Assembly: GCF_019464535.1 (NCBI RefSeq)
Contig: NZ_CP080507.1
Coordinates: forward strand, 240,001-272,000
Direction: 5' to 3'
Length of the DNA stretch: 32,000 nt
Origin: Horticoccus luteus
GTDB lineage: Bacteria; Verrucomicrobiota; Verrucomicrobiia; Opitutales; Opitutaceae
Shown here: positions 8,564-16,615 of the stretch, piece after piece
Position numbering within the stretch: the stretch's first letter is position 1
Layout: each line of letters opens with the position of its first letter
Notes under the pieces: model-generated
What the model was told of the DNA's origin: nothing
What the model saw: only the letters and a program-made list of their open reading frames with translations
Database searches by the model: none
Made by a program: the position numbers and the translations under genes

Positions 8564-9139
8564 ATGCACAAAGGGCGGCTCGAGGCGTTTTCCGATGGGG
8601 TGATCGCGATCATCATCACGATCATGGTGCTCGAGTTGAAAGTGCCGCATGACGTGGAGTTCCGAGCGCTCCTGCCGTTGTGGCCGGTGTTCGGCAGCTA
8701 CGTGCTGAGCTTCGTTTACGTGGGCATCTACTGGAGCAATCATCATCACCTTTTCCAGGCGGTGCAGCACGTGAAGGGTGGCGTGCTGTGGGCGAATTTG
8801 CACCTGTTGTTCTGGTTGTCGCTGTTCCCGTTTGTAACGGGGTGGATGGGTGAAAACCATTTCGCGCCGGTCACGGTCGCGTTGTATGGCGGCGTGCTGA
8901 TCATGGCGGCGGTGGCGTATTATATTTTGGTGCGGGCGTTGCTCGCGTGTCATGACGCGGGGTCGCCGCTGGCGAAGGCGATCGGGACGGATTTCAAGGG
9001 GCGCGTTTCGGTGGTGTTTTACGCCGTGGGCATCGCGTTGGCGGCGTGGCTGCCGTGGGCGGCGGTGGCGCTGTTTGCCGCGGTCGCGGCGATGTGGCTC
9101 GTGCCGGACCGACGGATCGAGCGGCAAATGGAGACGTAG
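8564..9139 (+). CDS. TMEM175-family (DUF1211) potassium channel
   Basis: The sequence MHKGRLEAFSDGVIAIIITIMVLEL carries the RxEAFSDGVxAIxxT signature of TMEM175/DUF1211, followed by 6 hydrophobic helices. I chose ATG 8564 over the upstream track start at 8513. Confidence 0.8.
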   Translation: MHKGRLEAFSDGVIAIIITIMVLELKVPHDVEFRALLPLWPVFGSYVLSFVYVGIYWSNHHHLFQAVQHVKGGVLWANLHLLFWLSLFPFVTGWMGENHFAPVTVALYGGVLIMAAVAYYILVRALLACHDAGSPLAKAIGTDFKGRVSVVFYAVGIALAAWLPWAAVALFAAVAAMWLVPDRRIERQMET

Positions 9140-9188
9140 CGCGGCGGGGCGGCGGCGCACGAAGCGAAGCTGGCGAAAACGAGGGCGG

Positions 9189-9575
9189 CTAGGGCGCTTT
9201 CGAGTTAGCTTGCGGGCGCCCGGTCGCGTCGTGGATCGCCGCCACAAGCTCCGTCAAACTGAACGGCTTCGAGAGCGTGTAATTCGCTCCGATGCCCTCC
9301 GCCATTCTGAGGTAAGTGCTGGCGTTGACGGATCCGGACATCGCGATGATCGGGAGGCTGGGCCGGTCGCGCTTGAGGGCGGCCAGCACTTCGGTGCCCT
9401 CGACGTTCGGCATCACCATGTCCAGAATCACGAGGTCGACGCTGTTGTTTTCGCAGACCGTGTCGACGTTGAGGCCGCTGGGCAGTTCGATAATCGTATG
9501 GCCGAGCTGCTGCAGACTCAACGCGAGGTTGCCGCGTAATTCGTCAGAATCGTCGACCAAGAGAATGCGCGCCAT
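9189..9575 (-). CDS. Single-domain response regulator (CheY-like receiver only)
   Basis: It starts MARILLVDDSDELRGNLALSL and contains DLVILDMVMPNVEGTEVL, PIIAMSG and SKPF, the canonical receiver motifs. The first 90 codons of the track ORF are rejected. Confidence 0.85.
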   Translation of the reverse strand: MARILLVDDSDELRGNLALSLQQLGHTIIELPSGLNVDTVCENNSVDLVILDMVMPNVEGTEVLAALKRDRPSLPIIAMSGSVNASTYLRMAEGIGANYTLSKPFSLTELVAAIHDATGRPQANSKAP

Positions 9576-9622
9576 TTCGCGTAATGTGATTCCCTGGGGC
9601 AGGTTGTCGAGGGCGCGGAAAG

Positions 9623-9664
9623 GAGAATGACGGATGACGGAAGACGGATAACAAATGACGAATG
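9623..9664. repeat. Imperfect tandem heptamer array, same unit and strand as 6967-7008
   Basis: Read directly: gagaatg acggatg acggaag acggata acaaatg acgaatg. It is intergenic, 48-89 nt upstream of the response-regulator ATG at 9575. Confidence 0.85.
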
Positions 9665-9741
9665 AGGGCGTCGTGAGAGTGCGTCGGGCGCGGCGCGGGC
9701 GAGTGATGCGCGAGATGCCGATGCGTTTCGCTGCCACGCAA

Positions 9742-10050
9742 TCAGGGCAGCGGGATGGTGCGCGCGGCGGGGTCGGGTTGCTGGCGGTAAAAGAGCGCGG
9801 TGTGGCCGACGGCACCGACGAGCACGCAGCGGCCTTCGTCGGCAATGCGCGCGCAGAGTGTGGCGCGTTCGTCGCGCTCGGTGGCGAGAAAGCGGAGTTT
9901 GACGAGCTCGGTCGCTTTCAGGCGGCGTTGGAGTTCGGCGAAAAACTCCGGCGTGAGGCCGCCTTTGCCGAGCTTGAGGGCGGGCGGGAGGTTTTGGCCG
10001 AGGCCGCGCAGATAGGATTTTTGCGCGCCAGTGAGCGGAAAGTCATACAT
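9742..10050 (-). CDS. yhbY: YhbY-like CRM-domain RNA-binding protein (ribosome assembly)
   Basis: The 102-aa product contains LTGAQKSYLRGLGQNLPPALKLGKGGLTPEFFAELQRRLKATELVKLRF...GHTALFYR, which fits the YhbY/CRS1 fold pattern. Confidence 0.8.
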   Translation of the reverse strand: MYDFPLTGAQKSYLRGLGQNLPPALKLGKGGLTPEFFAELQRRLKATELVKLRFLATERDERATLCARIADEGRCVLVGAVGHTALFYRQQPDPAARTIPLP

Positions 10051-10131
10051 GCCGCACGGATGGCAGGAATCGGCGCGGGGCGAAATGTCTAAATCACGGG
10101 GCCGGCAAACGCGGCGGAAGCTGCGGCGCGC

Positions 10132-10821
10132 TCAGAGCGCGTCGAGCGGGAGTTCGCGCCAGGCGCCGGGGGCGAGGCCGGCGAGGTCGAGCGCGCCGAA
10201 GCGTGTGCGGTGCAGCGTGAGCACGGTGGCGCCGGCGGCGGCGAACATGCGGCGGACTTGGTGGTATTTCCCCTCGGTCAACGTGAGTTCGGCTGCGCGG
10301 GGCGAGAGCAGGGTGAGTTGCGCGGGCGCGCACGGCTGTTTTTCGCCTTCGAGCTGCAGGGTGCCGGCGGCGAAGAGCGGGATGAGATCGGGCGAGAGGT
10401 CGCGGTCGACGGTGGCGCGGTAAACTTTCGGGACTTTGTGCCTGGGCGACGTGAGGCGATGCACGAGCGGTGACTGATCGGTGACGACGAGGAGGCCGCT
10501 GGTGTCTTTGTCGAGGCGGCCGACGCTCGTGAGCACGGGGTTGCGGGCGCGCCAGCGGGGCGGAAAGAGCGAGTAGATGCTGGGCCCTTCGCGTTCCTCG
10601 TGCGAGCAGACGAGGCCGAGCGGCTTGTGCAGGAGGAGCAGCAGGCCGTCGGAATGATCGAGCGGCAGGCCGTCGACGCGCACGTGGGCGGCGGGCGCTT
10701 TTTGACTGGAGTCGGTGGCGATTTTTCCGGCGATGGTCACGCGGCCGGCGTCGATCCACGCGCGGGCTTCGCGGCGGCTGCAGTAGCCGAGGTTGGCGAG
10801 GAGTTGGTCGAGGCGGCGCAT
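10132..10821 (-). CDS. rsuA: 16S rRNA pseudouridine synthase, RsuA family (S4 domain plus PseudoU_synth_2)
   Basis: Starting from ATG 10821 it reads MRRLDQLLANLGYCSRREARAWIDAGRVTI (S4 domain). It also contains GRLDKDTSGLLVVTD (catalytic Asp motif), KVYRATV and EGKYHQVRRMFAA. The symbol rests on family resemblance only. Confidence 0.85.
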   Translation of the reverse strand: MRRLDQLLANLGYCSRREARAWIDAGRVTIAGKIATDSSQKAPAAHVRVDGLPLDHSDGLLLLLHKPLGLVCSHEEREGPSIYSLFPPRWRARNPVLTSVGRLDKDTSGLLVVTDQSPLVHRLTSPRHKVPKVYRATVDRDLSPDLIPLFAAGTLQLEGEKQPCAPAQLTLLSPRAAELTLTEGKYHQVRRMFAAAGATVLTLHRTRFGALDLAGLAPGAWRELPLDAL

Positions 10822-10963
10822 CGGCGGGAGGGCGCTACGTTTCGCGCGCCGCGGAGAGCGGGCGAACAAAAAGCGCGCGGTGAAAACATCCGCGCGCGTA
10901 GGAGCCGCGAAGCACGAGCGCACGGGGGAGAAAGTTTTTCCCGGCGGTTGAGTTTCCGCGGTC

Positions 10964-12265
10964 ATGAGGCAGGGTGCGGCTCGTATGTGGTGGCGTTGCG
11001 CACAGTTTCCCCTCCTGGCGCTTGCGCTGGTTTTTGTTCTGACCGGGGCGTCGTCGCGCGCCGCGCGCACGTTGCGCATCTGGGGCCACCAAGGGCAGGA
11101 AGGCGAGAATCACGCGATGCGCGAAATCGTGGTGGCGTTCAACCGCGCCCACGCGGCGGAGGGCGTGAGCGTGGAGATTTCGTTTTTCCCGGATTTTCAA
11201 TACACGGAAAAGATCGCCATCGCGGCGGCGGCGCACGATCTGCCGGATGCGTTCGAGGTCGATGCGCCGTTGATCGCGCGTTACGTCGATGCGGGGTTGC
11301 TCGCGCCGCTCGACCGCTGGTTCGGGCCGGCGGACCAGACGGATTTTCTGCCGACGCTGACCGAGCAGGCGAAGATCGCGGGGAAACTCTACTCGGTCGC
11401 GGCTTACGATTCGGCGCTCGTGCTGTATTACGATCGCGCGATGCTCGCCGCGGCCGGGGTGGCGCCGCCGCCGGCGGACGGTTGGACGTGGGAGGAATTT
11501 CTCGCGGCGTGCGCGAAGGTGCGGGCGGCGGGCGTGGAGCCGGTCGCGTTGCATATGAACGAGAGCGCGGACGAGTGGTTCACGTATGCGTTCACGCCGG
11601 TCGTGTGGTCGGGCGGCGGGAAACTGATTGCGGACGACGGGCTGCGCGTGCGCGGGGTGCTGGCGAGCGCGGCGAACATCCGCAGCCTCACGCTGTGGCA
11701 GACACTCTTTACGCGCGGTTTCGCGGCGACTGATCCGGTGGACCCGAATCCGTTTGGGCACGGGAAGGCGGCGATGGATTGGAGCGGGCACTGGATGGCG
11801 CAACTGCATTTGGAGGCGAAAGGCGCGCAGCTCGGGGCGGCGCCGCTGCCGCACGTGGGCGCGCAACCGGTGGCGCCGTGCGGCAGCTGGTGCTGGAGCA
11901 TGTCGGCGCACACGAAGGACCCGGAGCTGGCGGCGACGTGGCTGCGGTGGGTGACGAGCACGCAGCACGGCATCGTGCCGCTGGTGCGCGCGAACGGTGC
12001 GGTGCCGGCGCGGAAGTCGGCGTTTGGCGAGTTTCCGAAATACCAGCGGCCGCCCTACGCGTTGTTTCGCCGGCAGCTCGAAACGTTTGCGCGACCGCGG
12101 CCGCAGACGCCGTTTTACGCGACGCTGACGCAGCACTTCGCGGCGGCGTTGCGCGACATCGCGCGCGGCGCGGACGTGGGCGGGCGCCTGCGCATGGCGG
12201 AGAATGAAATTCAGAAGGAGATCGACCGGCGCTCGGCGCACGGATCGCGGGAGGCGGCGCGATGA
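10964..12265 (+). CDS. ABC transporter extracellular solute-binding protein, family 1 (sugar, CUT1-type)
   Basis: The N-terminus has a signal-like region (WWRCAQFPLLALALVFVLTGASSRA). The body has SBP_bac_1-like composition (LRIWGHQG..., DAFEVDAPLIARYVDAGLLAPLD). Two permease genes follow, translationally coupled. ATG 10985 is an alternative start. Confidence 0.85.
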   Translation: MRQGAARMWWRCAQFPLLALALVFVLTGASSRAARTLRIWGHQGQEGENHAMREIVVAFNRAHAAEGVSVEISFFPDFQYTEKIAIAAAAHDLPDAFEVDAPLIARYVDAGLLAPLDRWFGPADQTDFLPTLTEQAKIAGKLYSVAAYDSALVLYYDRAMLAAAGVAPPPADGWTWEEFLAACAKVRAAGVEPVALHMNESADEWFTYAFTPVVWSGGGKLIADDGLRVRGVLASAANIRSLTLWQTLFTRGFAATDPVDPNPFGHGKAAMDWSGHWMAQLHLEAKGAQLGAAPLPHVGAQPVAPCGSWCWSMSAHTKDPELAATWLRWVTSTQHGIVPLVRANGAVPARKSAFGEFPKYQRPPYALFRRQLETFARPRPQTPFYATLTQHFAAALRDIARGADVGGRLRMAENEIQKEIDRRSAHGSREAAR

Positions 12266-13152
12266 CGGCGTGGGAAAAATCCCGGGCGCGGGCGGCGCCG
12301 TGGTTTTTGCTGCCGGCCCTCGCGTTGCTGGCGGTGTTTGTCGTGTGGCCGATGGTGCGCGCGGCGGCGTGGAGTTTCACGAGCGCGGACCTGCTCGCGC
12401 CGGAGCGGGCGCACTGGCTGGGCGCGGCGAATTACTCGGAGCTGCTGACGGATGCGCGCTTCCGCCGGGCGTTTGGCAACACGGCGTTGTTTGCGCTGAT
12501 GGTCGTGCCGGTGCAGACGGTGGTGGCGTTCTTTCTCGCGTTGTGGGTCAACCGGCCGGAGCCGGCGTGGCGCTGGTTGCGCGCGGTGTTTTTCATTCCG
12601 GTGATCGTGTCGACGCCGGTGCTCGCGGTGTTGTGGACGCTGCTTTACCAACCGGCGCAGGGCGAGCAGATGGGGTTGATCAACGCGATGGTGCAGGCGA
12701 TCGGCGTGCCGCCGCAGGCGTGGTTGCGCGATCCGCATCTGGCGCTGCCGGCGATCGCGTTCATGTCGGTGTGGCAGGGCGTGGGGTTGCAGATGATGGT
12801 GTTTCTCGCGGGCCTGCAGGCGGTGCCGGGAGAGTTGCTGGAGGCGGCGCGCATCGATGGTGCGGGCGCGTGGGGGCGGGTGCGCCACGTGATCATCCCG
12901 AGTGTGCGCAACACGATCGTGTTTGTCGTCACGGTGACGACGGTCCTGGCGTTTCGGATTTTCGTGCAGCCTTACCTGATGACGCGCGGCGGGCCGGGGC
13001 GCAGCACGCTGTCGCTGATCCAGTCGATCTATGAGACGACGTTTCTCGGGCAGGATTTGGGGCGCGCGTGCGCGGCATCGTTTCTGTTTTTGATCTGGGT
13101 GGCGTTTCTCACGCTCCTGCAACGGTGGATCGCCGGGGAGGAACGGGGATGA
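12262..13152 (+). CDS. Sugar ABC transporter permease (MalF/UgpA-like)
   Basis: It has 6 TM helices and the EAA loop LLEAARIDGAGAWGRVRHVIIPSVRNT. Its ATGA start overlaps the upstream stop. Confidence 0.9.
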   Translation: MTAWEKSRARAAPWFLLPALALLAVFVVWPMVRAAAWSFTSADLLAPERAHWLGAANYSELLTDARFRRAFGNTALFALMVVPVQTVVAFFLALWVNRPEPAWRWLRAVFFIPVIVSTPVLAVLWTLLYQPAQGEQMGLINAMVQAIGVPPQAWLRDPHLALPAIAFMSVWQGVGLQMMVFLAGLQAVPGELLEAARIDGAGAWGRVRHVIIPSVRNTIVFVVTVTTVLAFRIFVQPYLMTRGGPGRSTLSLIQSIYETTFLGQDLGRACAASFLFLIWVAFLTLLQRWIAGEERG

Positions 13153-14024
13153 AAGCTCCAAGCAGCAACGTCCAAGCTCCAGGCTTCGCGCGCAATCGAG
13201 CGTTGGGGCGCGCGGCGGTGAAGTGGCTCGTGAGTGTTGCGGTGGCGTTGGTGTTTCTGGCGCCGCTGCTGTGGATGGTGCGGGCGTCGTTTACGGAGGA
13301 GCCGAGGATTTTTCTGCCGGGGTTTGGCGGCTGGTTCGATGGCTGGACGGTGGGCAATTACGCGGACGCGTGGCGGCGGGCAGGGTTGGGGCGAGGGTTG
13401 GCGAACTCGGCGTTGCAAGTGGCGATCATCGCGGGCGCAGGGCTGATCGTGAACGCGATGGCGGCGTATGCGTTCGCGCGTTTCGTGTTTCGGGGGCGCG
13501 ACGTGCTGTTCGCGGGCGTGGTGATCCTGATCGTGCTGCCGATCGAAGTGCTGGCGGTGCCGTTGTTTTTCACGGCGCGCGATCTGGGACTGACGGGCGG
13601 TTTCGGCGCGGCGATGGCGGGGCTCTCGGTGCCGTTCGTGGCGAAGGCGTTCAACATCTACTTCCTGCGGCAGCATTTTCTGTCGTTGCCGATGGAGTTG
13701 GAGGAGGCGGCGGCGATCGACGGAGCGGGCGTGTGGCGGCAGTTCTGGACGCTCGCGCTGCCGGCGGTGAAGCCGGCGCTGGCGACGGTGGTGCTGCTGG
13801 ACGTGCTGACGCACTGGGGCGATTTCTTGTGGCCGCTGATGATCAGCACGCGGGCGGAGACGAGGACGGTGCAGCTCAGCCTGGCGAATTTATTCACGCA
13901 GCCGCCGTTGCAATGGGGCGACATCCTCGCTTGCGCGGTGCTGGCGACGTTGCCGGTGATGCTGCTCTTCCGCTTCTTCCAGCGCCACATCGTGGCCACG
14001 GAAGCACGCGCGGGGATCAAGTGA
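13149..14024 (+). CDS. Sugar ABC transporter permease (MalG/UgpE-like)
   Basis: The real start is ATG 13149 (MKAPSSNV...), which overlaps the upstream stop as ATGA. It has the EAA loop ELEEAAAIDGAGVWRQFWTLALPAVKPA. Confidence 0.9.
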   Translation: MKAPSSNVQAPGFARNRALGRAAVKWLVSVAVALVFLAPLLWMVRASFTEEPRIFLPGFGGWFDGWTVGNYADAWRRAGLGRGLANSALQVAIIAGAGLIVNAMAAYAFARFVFRGRDVLFAGVVILIVLPIEVLAVPLFFTARDLGLTGGFGAAMAGLSVPFVAKAFNIYFLRQHFLSLPMELEEAAAIDGAGVWRQFWTLALPAVKPALATVVLLDVLTHWGDFLWPLMISTRAETRTVQLSLANLFTQPPLQWGDILACAVLATLPVMLLFRFFQRHIVATEARAGIK

Positions 14025-14093
14025 GGGGGCGGGGTCGAGGCTTGGAGAAGTTTGGCGCGCGGGAGCCGAGCAGGGTAGGTCAAGAGTCAAGGC

Positions 14094-14258
14094 ATGCGGT
14101 TTTATGCGCGGTCTGACACCGCCCAGCAAACCACGCCCTTGGCAGCCGGCGCCATGGGCACGATGGACAAAAGCTTCCTCGGCTGGACCCGCCTCACCTT
14201 CGAAAACGGCCAAACCGGCTGGGTCCGCCAATCCGAACTTGTCCCGCTGTGGCGGTAG
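14094..14258 (+). CDS. 54-codon ORF encoding a bacterial SH3-like domain; either a small stand-alone protein or the C-terminal remnant of a larger gene
   Basis: Below the ORF-track size cutoff. My hand translation is MRFYARSDTAQQTTPLAAGAMGTMDKSFLGWTRLTFENGQTGWVRQSELVPLWR*. The GW(T/V)R(L/V)...G.TGWV...L pattern is typical of SH3b domains. Third codon positions are strongly G/C, as in neighbouring genes. An in-frame TAG at 14076-14078 sits just upstream. Confidence 0.3.
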   Translation: MRFYARSDTAQQTTPLAAGAMGTMDKSFLGWTRLTFENGQTGWVRQSELVPLWR

Positions 14259-14286
14259 CGTCGAATCGCGATTCCGCTTGCGGATA

Positions 14287-14301
14287 TATACCACCGGTAT
14301 A
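14287..14301. promoter_or_regulatory. Inverted repeat TATACC-acc-GGTATA, 12 nt upstream of vapB; candidate VapB operator
   Basis: A perfect 6-bp inverted repeat read directly from the sequence. A second perfect palindrome, GAATCGCGATTC, lies at 14263-14274. Confidence 0.4.
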
Positions 14302-14312
14302 ACCGTGCCCGG

Positions 14313-14540
14313 ATGGACACCGCCAAATTATTCAAAAACGGTCGGAGCCAAGCGGTCCGCCTCCCGCAGCAATACCGATTTCCCGGTGATCAAGTGTTCA
14401 TCCGTCGATTCGGCAAAGCCATCGTGCTGTTACCTGAAAAGAACTCTTGGGATGTTCTGATTGAGAGCACCAAGGAATTTTCAGACGACTTCCTGGCCGG
14501 GAGAAACCAAGGCACAAGCGATAAGCGCGAAGCCCTGTAA
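14313..14540 (+). CDS. vapB: VapB antitoxin (AbrB/SpoVT-type DNA-binding domain)
   Basis: It starts MDTAKLFKNGRSQAVRLPQQYRFPGDQVFIRRFGKAIVLLP, the classic VapB/AbrB-like N-terminus. It ends 11 nt upstream of the PIN-domain gene. Local GC is lower. Confidence 0.85.
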   Translation: MDTAKLFKNGRSQAVRLPQQYRFPGDQVFIRRFGKAIVLLPEKNSWDVLIESTKEFSDDFLAGRNQGTSDKREAL

Positions 14541-14551
14541 ACGGAAAGCCG

Positions 14552-14956
14552 ATGGGCATGAGATACCTCCTCGATACCGATATCTGCATCTATATCATCA
14601 AACAAAGACCCGCGTCCGTATTCAAGAGGTTCAAGCCCATCCCTGTTGGTGACATCGGAATTTCATCCATCACCTACTCGGAATTGTGTTTTGGGGTGAG
14701 CAAAAGCCAGCAGGTAGCGCGTAATCTTGCAGCCCTGCAAAGCTTCGTCAGTCCCTTGGAAATCATTCCCTATGACGATACCGTTGGATTGTTCTATGGC
14801 AAAGTCCGGCACGAGCTGGAAAGTGCGGGCAAACCCATCGACCCACTCGATACTTTGATCGCAGCTCACGCCATGAGCTTGGCAGCGATTCTCGTCACCA
14901 ACAATGCCAAGGAATTCCGCCGGGTGCAGGGCCTTGCCGTGGAAGTTTGGGCCTGA
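14552..14956 (+). CDS. vapC: VapC toxin (PIN-domain ribonuclease)
   Basis: YLLDTDICIYIIK carries the first acidic PIN residue, SSITYSEL the second, and DTLIAAHAMSLAAILVTNNAKEF the third and fourth. Length is 134 aa. ATG 14558 is an alternative start. Confidence 0.9.
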   Translation: MGMRYLLDTDICIYIIKQRPASVFKRFKPIPVGDIGISSITYSELCFGVSKSQQVARNLAALQSFVSPLEIIPYDDTVGLFYGKVRHELESAGKPIDPLDTLIAAHAMSLAAILVTNNAKEFRRVQGLAVEVWA

Positions 14957-15245
14957 CCGCCACTCCACCATGACGGACGGCAATGATAGCGGGGCAAGGG
15001 CGGAGTAGGGAACGGGGAAGCTTGCAGCATTCTTTCGGTGGATCGTGTGGGGGTGCCGCGTTCGGTGGCGGATGGGGCGGTGGGTTGTGCGTGTCGCGTT
15101 TGAAGAGAGCGAGGGAGCGCAGGCTGCGGGCGATCGGCGGTCGCGGCTCGGGATATGAGACGTGGCGGGGTGATTGCAGTCGCGCAGGGCGTTGGGCGTT
15201 GTGCGGCGGCGGGGAACTGGGGGCGGGCGGGGGATTCCATAGGGG

Positions 15246-16412
15246 ATGGTGGCGCTGCTTGTGTTTGGGGTGACTTTGCTCGCGGCGGTGCTGATCTCCG
15301 AACTCGCGGATCGCACCATCGTCTCGACGGCGGTGCTGTTTCTGCTCGCGGGCGTCGCGGTCGGGGGCGGCGGGTTTGGGTTGATCCGGCTCGAACCGGA
15401 TTCGCCCGTCGTCGGTCACCTCGCCAACTACGCGCTCGTGGCGGTGTTGTTCACCGATGGCATGAAACTTGGCTGGGGACGGCTGCGGTCGGCGTGGGTG
15501 CTGCCGGGGCGGGCGTTGTTGCTGGGGCTGCCGCTCACGATGCTCGCGACGGCGTTGCTGGCGCATTTCGTGGCAGGGCTGTCGTGGCTCGATGCGTGGC
15601 TCGTGGGCGCGGTGCTGTGTCCGACCGATCCGGTGTTCGCGGCGGCAATCGTGGGGCGGGAGGGCGTGTCGCGGCGGTTGCGGCATTTGCTGAACGTGGA
15701 GAGCGGGTTGAATGACGGGCTGGCGTTGCCGATCGTGCTGGGGATTCTGGCGGTGGGCGGCGTGGCGGAACGCTCGCTGGGGCTGCACGTGGTGGAACTG
15801 GCGGGCGGTTGCGCGCTGGGTGTGGCGGTGGCCGGCGGCGCGCTGTGGGTGGCGCGGCTGCGGTTCTTCGGGATCGCGCGGTCGCATGAGCCGTTCCTGC
15901 TCGTGGCGATCGGGTTGATGGTGTTTGCGCTGGCGCCGCTCGTGCACGCGAATCCGTTTCTCGCGGCGTTCAGTGCGGGGGTGACGATCGCGACGATGCG
16001 GCCGGAGGAAACGGAGGAGAACAACGCGTTTGCGGAACAGACGGCGGAGTTGCTCAAGCTGGGCGCGGTGCTGGTGTTCGGGGCGTTGATCACGCCGCAG
16101 TTGCTGCACGCGGTGCCGTGGACGGGCTATGTGTTCGCAGTGCTCTCGCTGGTCGTGGCGCGGCCGATCGCCCTCGGGCTGGCGTTGGTCGGCGGAAAAC
16201 TCACGGGGAGGGAAAAGGTCGCGGCGATGTGGTTTGGGCCGAAGGGATTCGCGTCGGTGATTTACGGTTTGATGGTGCTCAACTCCGGCGTGGCGGGTGC
16301 GGTGCGGTCATTCAACCTCGTGGCGATCGTGGTGGCCGGATCGATTTTGGCGCACTCGTCAACCGATGTCGTCGTGGCACGGTGGCTGGAACCGAAGGCG
16401 AAGGCGACGTGA
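15246..16412 (+). CDS. Cation:proton antiporter (Na+/H+ exchanger, CPA1 family)
   Basis: It is predicted to have about 11 TM helices. Motifs: LFLLAGVAVGGGGFGLI, AVLFTDGMKL, GAVLCPTDPV and ESGLNDGLALP, the last being the Na_H_Exchanger hallmark. Confidence 0.85.
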   Translation: MVALLVFGVTLLAAVLISELADRTIVSTAVLFLLAGVAVGGGGFGLIRLEPDSPVVGHLANYALVAVLFTDGMKLGWGRLRSAWVLPGRALLLGLPLTMLATALLAHFVAGLSWLDAWLVGAVLCPTDPVFAAAIVGREGVSRRLRHLLNVESGLNDGLALPIVLGILAVGGVAERSLGLHVVELAGGCALGVAVAGGALWVARLRFFGIARSHEPFLLVAIGLMVFALAPLVHANPFLAAFSAGVTIATMRPEETEENNAFAEQTAELLKLGAVLVFGALITPQLLHAVPWTGYVFAVLSLVVARPIALGLALVGGKLTGREKVAAMWFGPKGFASVIYGLMVLNSGVAGAVRSFNLVAIVVAGSILAHSSTDVVVARWLEPKAKAT

Positions 16413-16559
16413 CGGCGCGGCGTCCGGAAAACCCGGATGCATCCAAGGGGAAACGTCGCGCGGGAAAGGCAGCGGCCGGCCGGGGTTTGGCGCGCGTCGG
16501 GAAGATCGACGCGCGCGGCGAAGGAGGGACGACACCGGGGAGACCGTAGGGAAAAGGCG

Positions 16560-16592
16560 AAAAAAAACGCCGGGCCCCGCGGCCCGGCGTTT
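16560..16592 (-). terminator. Rho-independent terminator (strong on the minus strand, weaker bidirectionally)
   Basis: A perfect 12-bp stem AAACGCCGGGCC / GGCCCGGCGTTT (16565-16576 and 16581-16592) with a 4-nt loop. An A8 run on the plus strand (16560-16567) gives a U-tract after the hairpin on the minus strand. It lies 24 nt downstream of the stop of the minus-strand gene at 16616. Confidence 0.8.
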
Positions 16593-16615
16593 ACCGTCAA
16601 CTAGGAAAAGGAAAC

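Noticed and set aside
7041-8603. 520-aa plus-strand ORF and other long ORFs over the amidohydrolase gene
   Set aside because: It is antisense to a gene with clear amidohydrolase metal-binding motifs. Its composition (GGERRDIP..., runs of G/A/E/D) is shadow-like.
9189-9575. Orphan receiver-only response regulator next to yhbY/rsuA, considered as part of a novel signalling system
   Set aside because: Single-domain CheY-like receivers are common and are often unlinked to their kinases. No partner or unusual domain is present, so only the upstream heptamer array is noteworthy.
10835-13161. 468-aa and 316-aa minus-strand ORFs over the ABC transporter genes
   Set aside because: They are Arg-rich antisense shadows of genes with clear solute-binding and EAA-loop permease signatures.
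10964-14024. ABC importer lacking an ATPase gene, considered as an anomaly
   Set aside because: CUT1-family sugar importers commonly rely on a shared, unlinked MsmK/MalK-type ATPase, so this is ordinary.
14260-14960. Calling the vapBC islet a mobile element
   Set aside because: No integrase, transposase, terminal inverted repeats or target-site duplication are visible. Only the compositional shift supports horizontal origin, so it is reported as a finding rather than annotated as a mobile element.
14895-16109. 404-aa minus-strand ORF
   Set aside because: It is His/Arg/Pro/Gln-rich and antisense to the Na+/H+ antiporter gene.
16491-16515. 9-bp perfect stem CGCGCGTCG-ggaagat-CGACGCGCG downstream of the antiporter gene, considered as a terminator
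   Set aside because: It is not followed by a T-run on either strand. In sequence this GC-rich such stems arise easily, and the strong terminator at 16560-16592 is a better candidate for both flanking genes.
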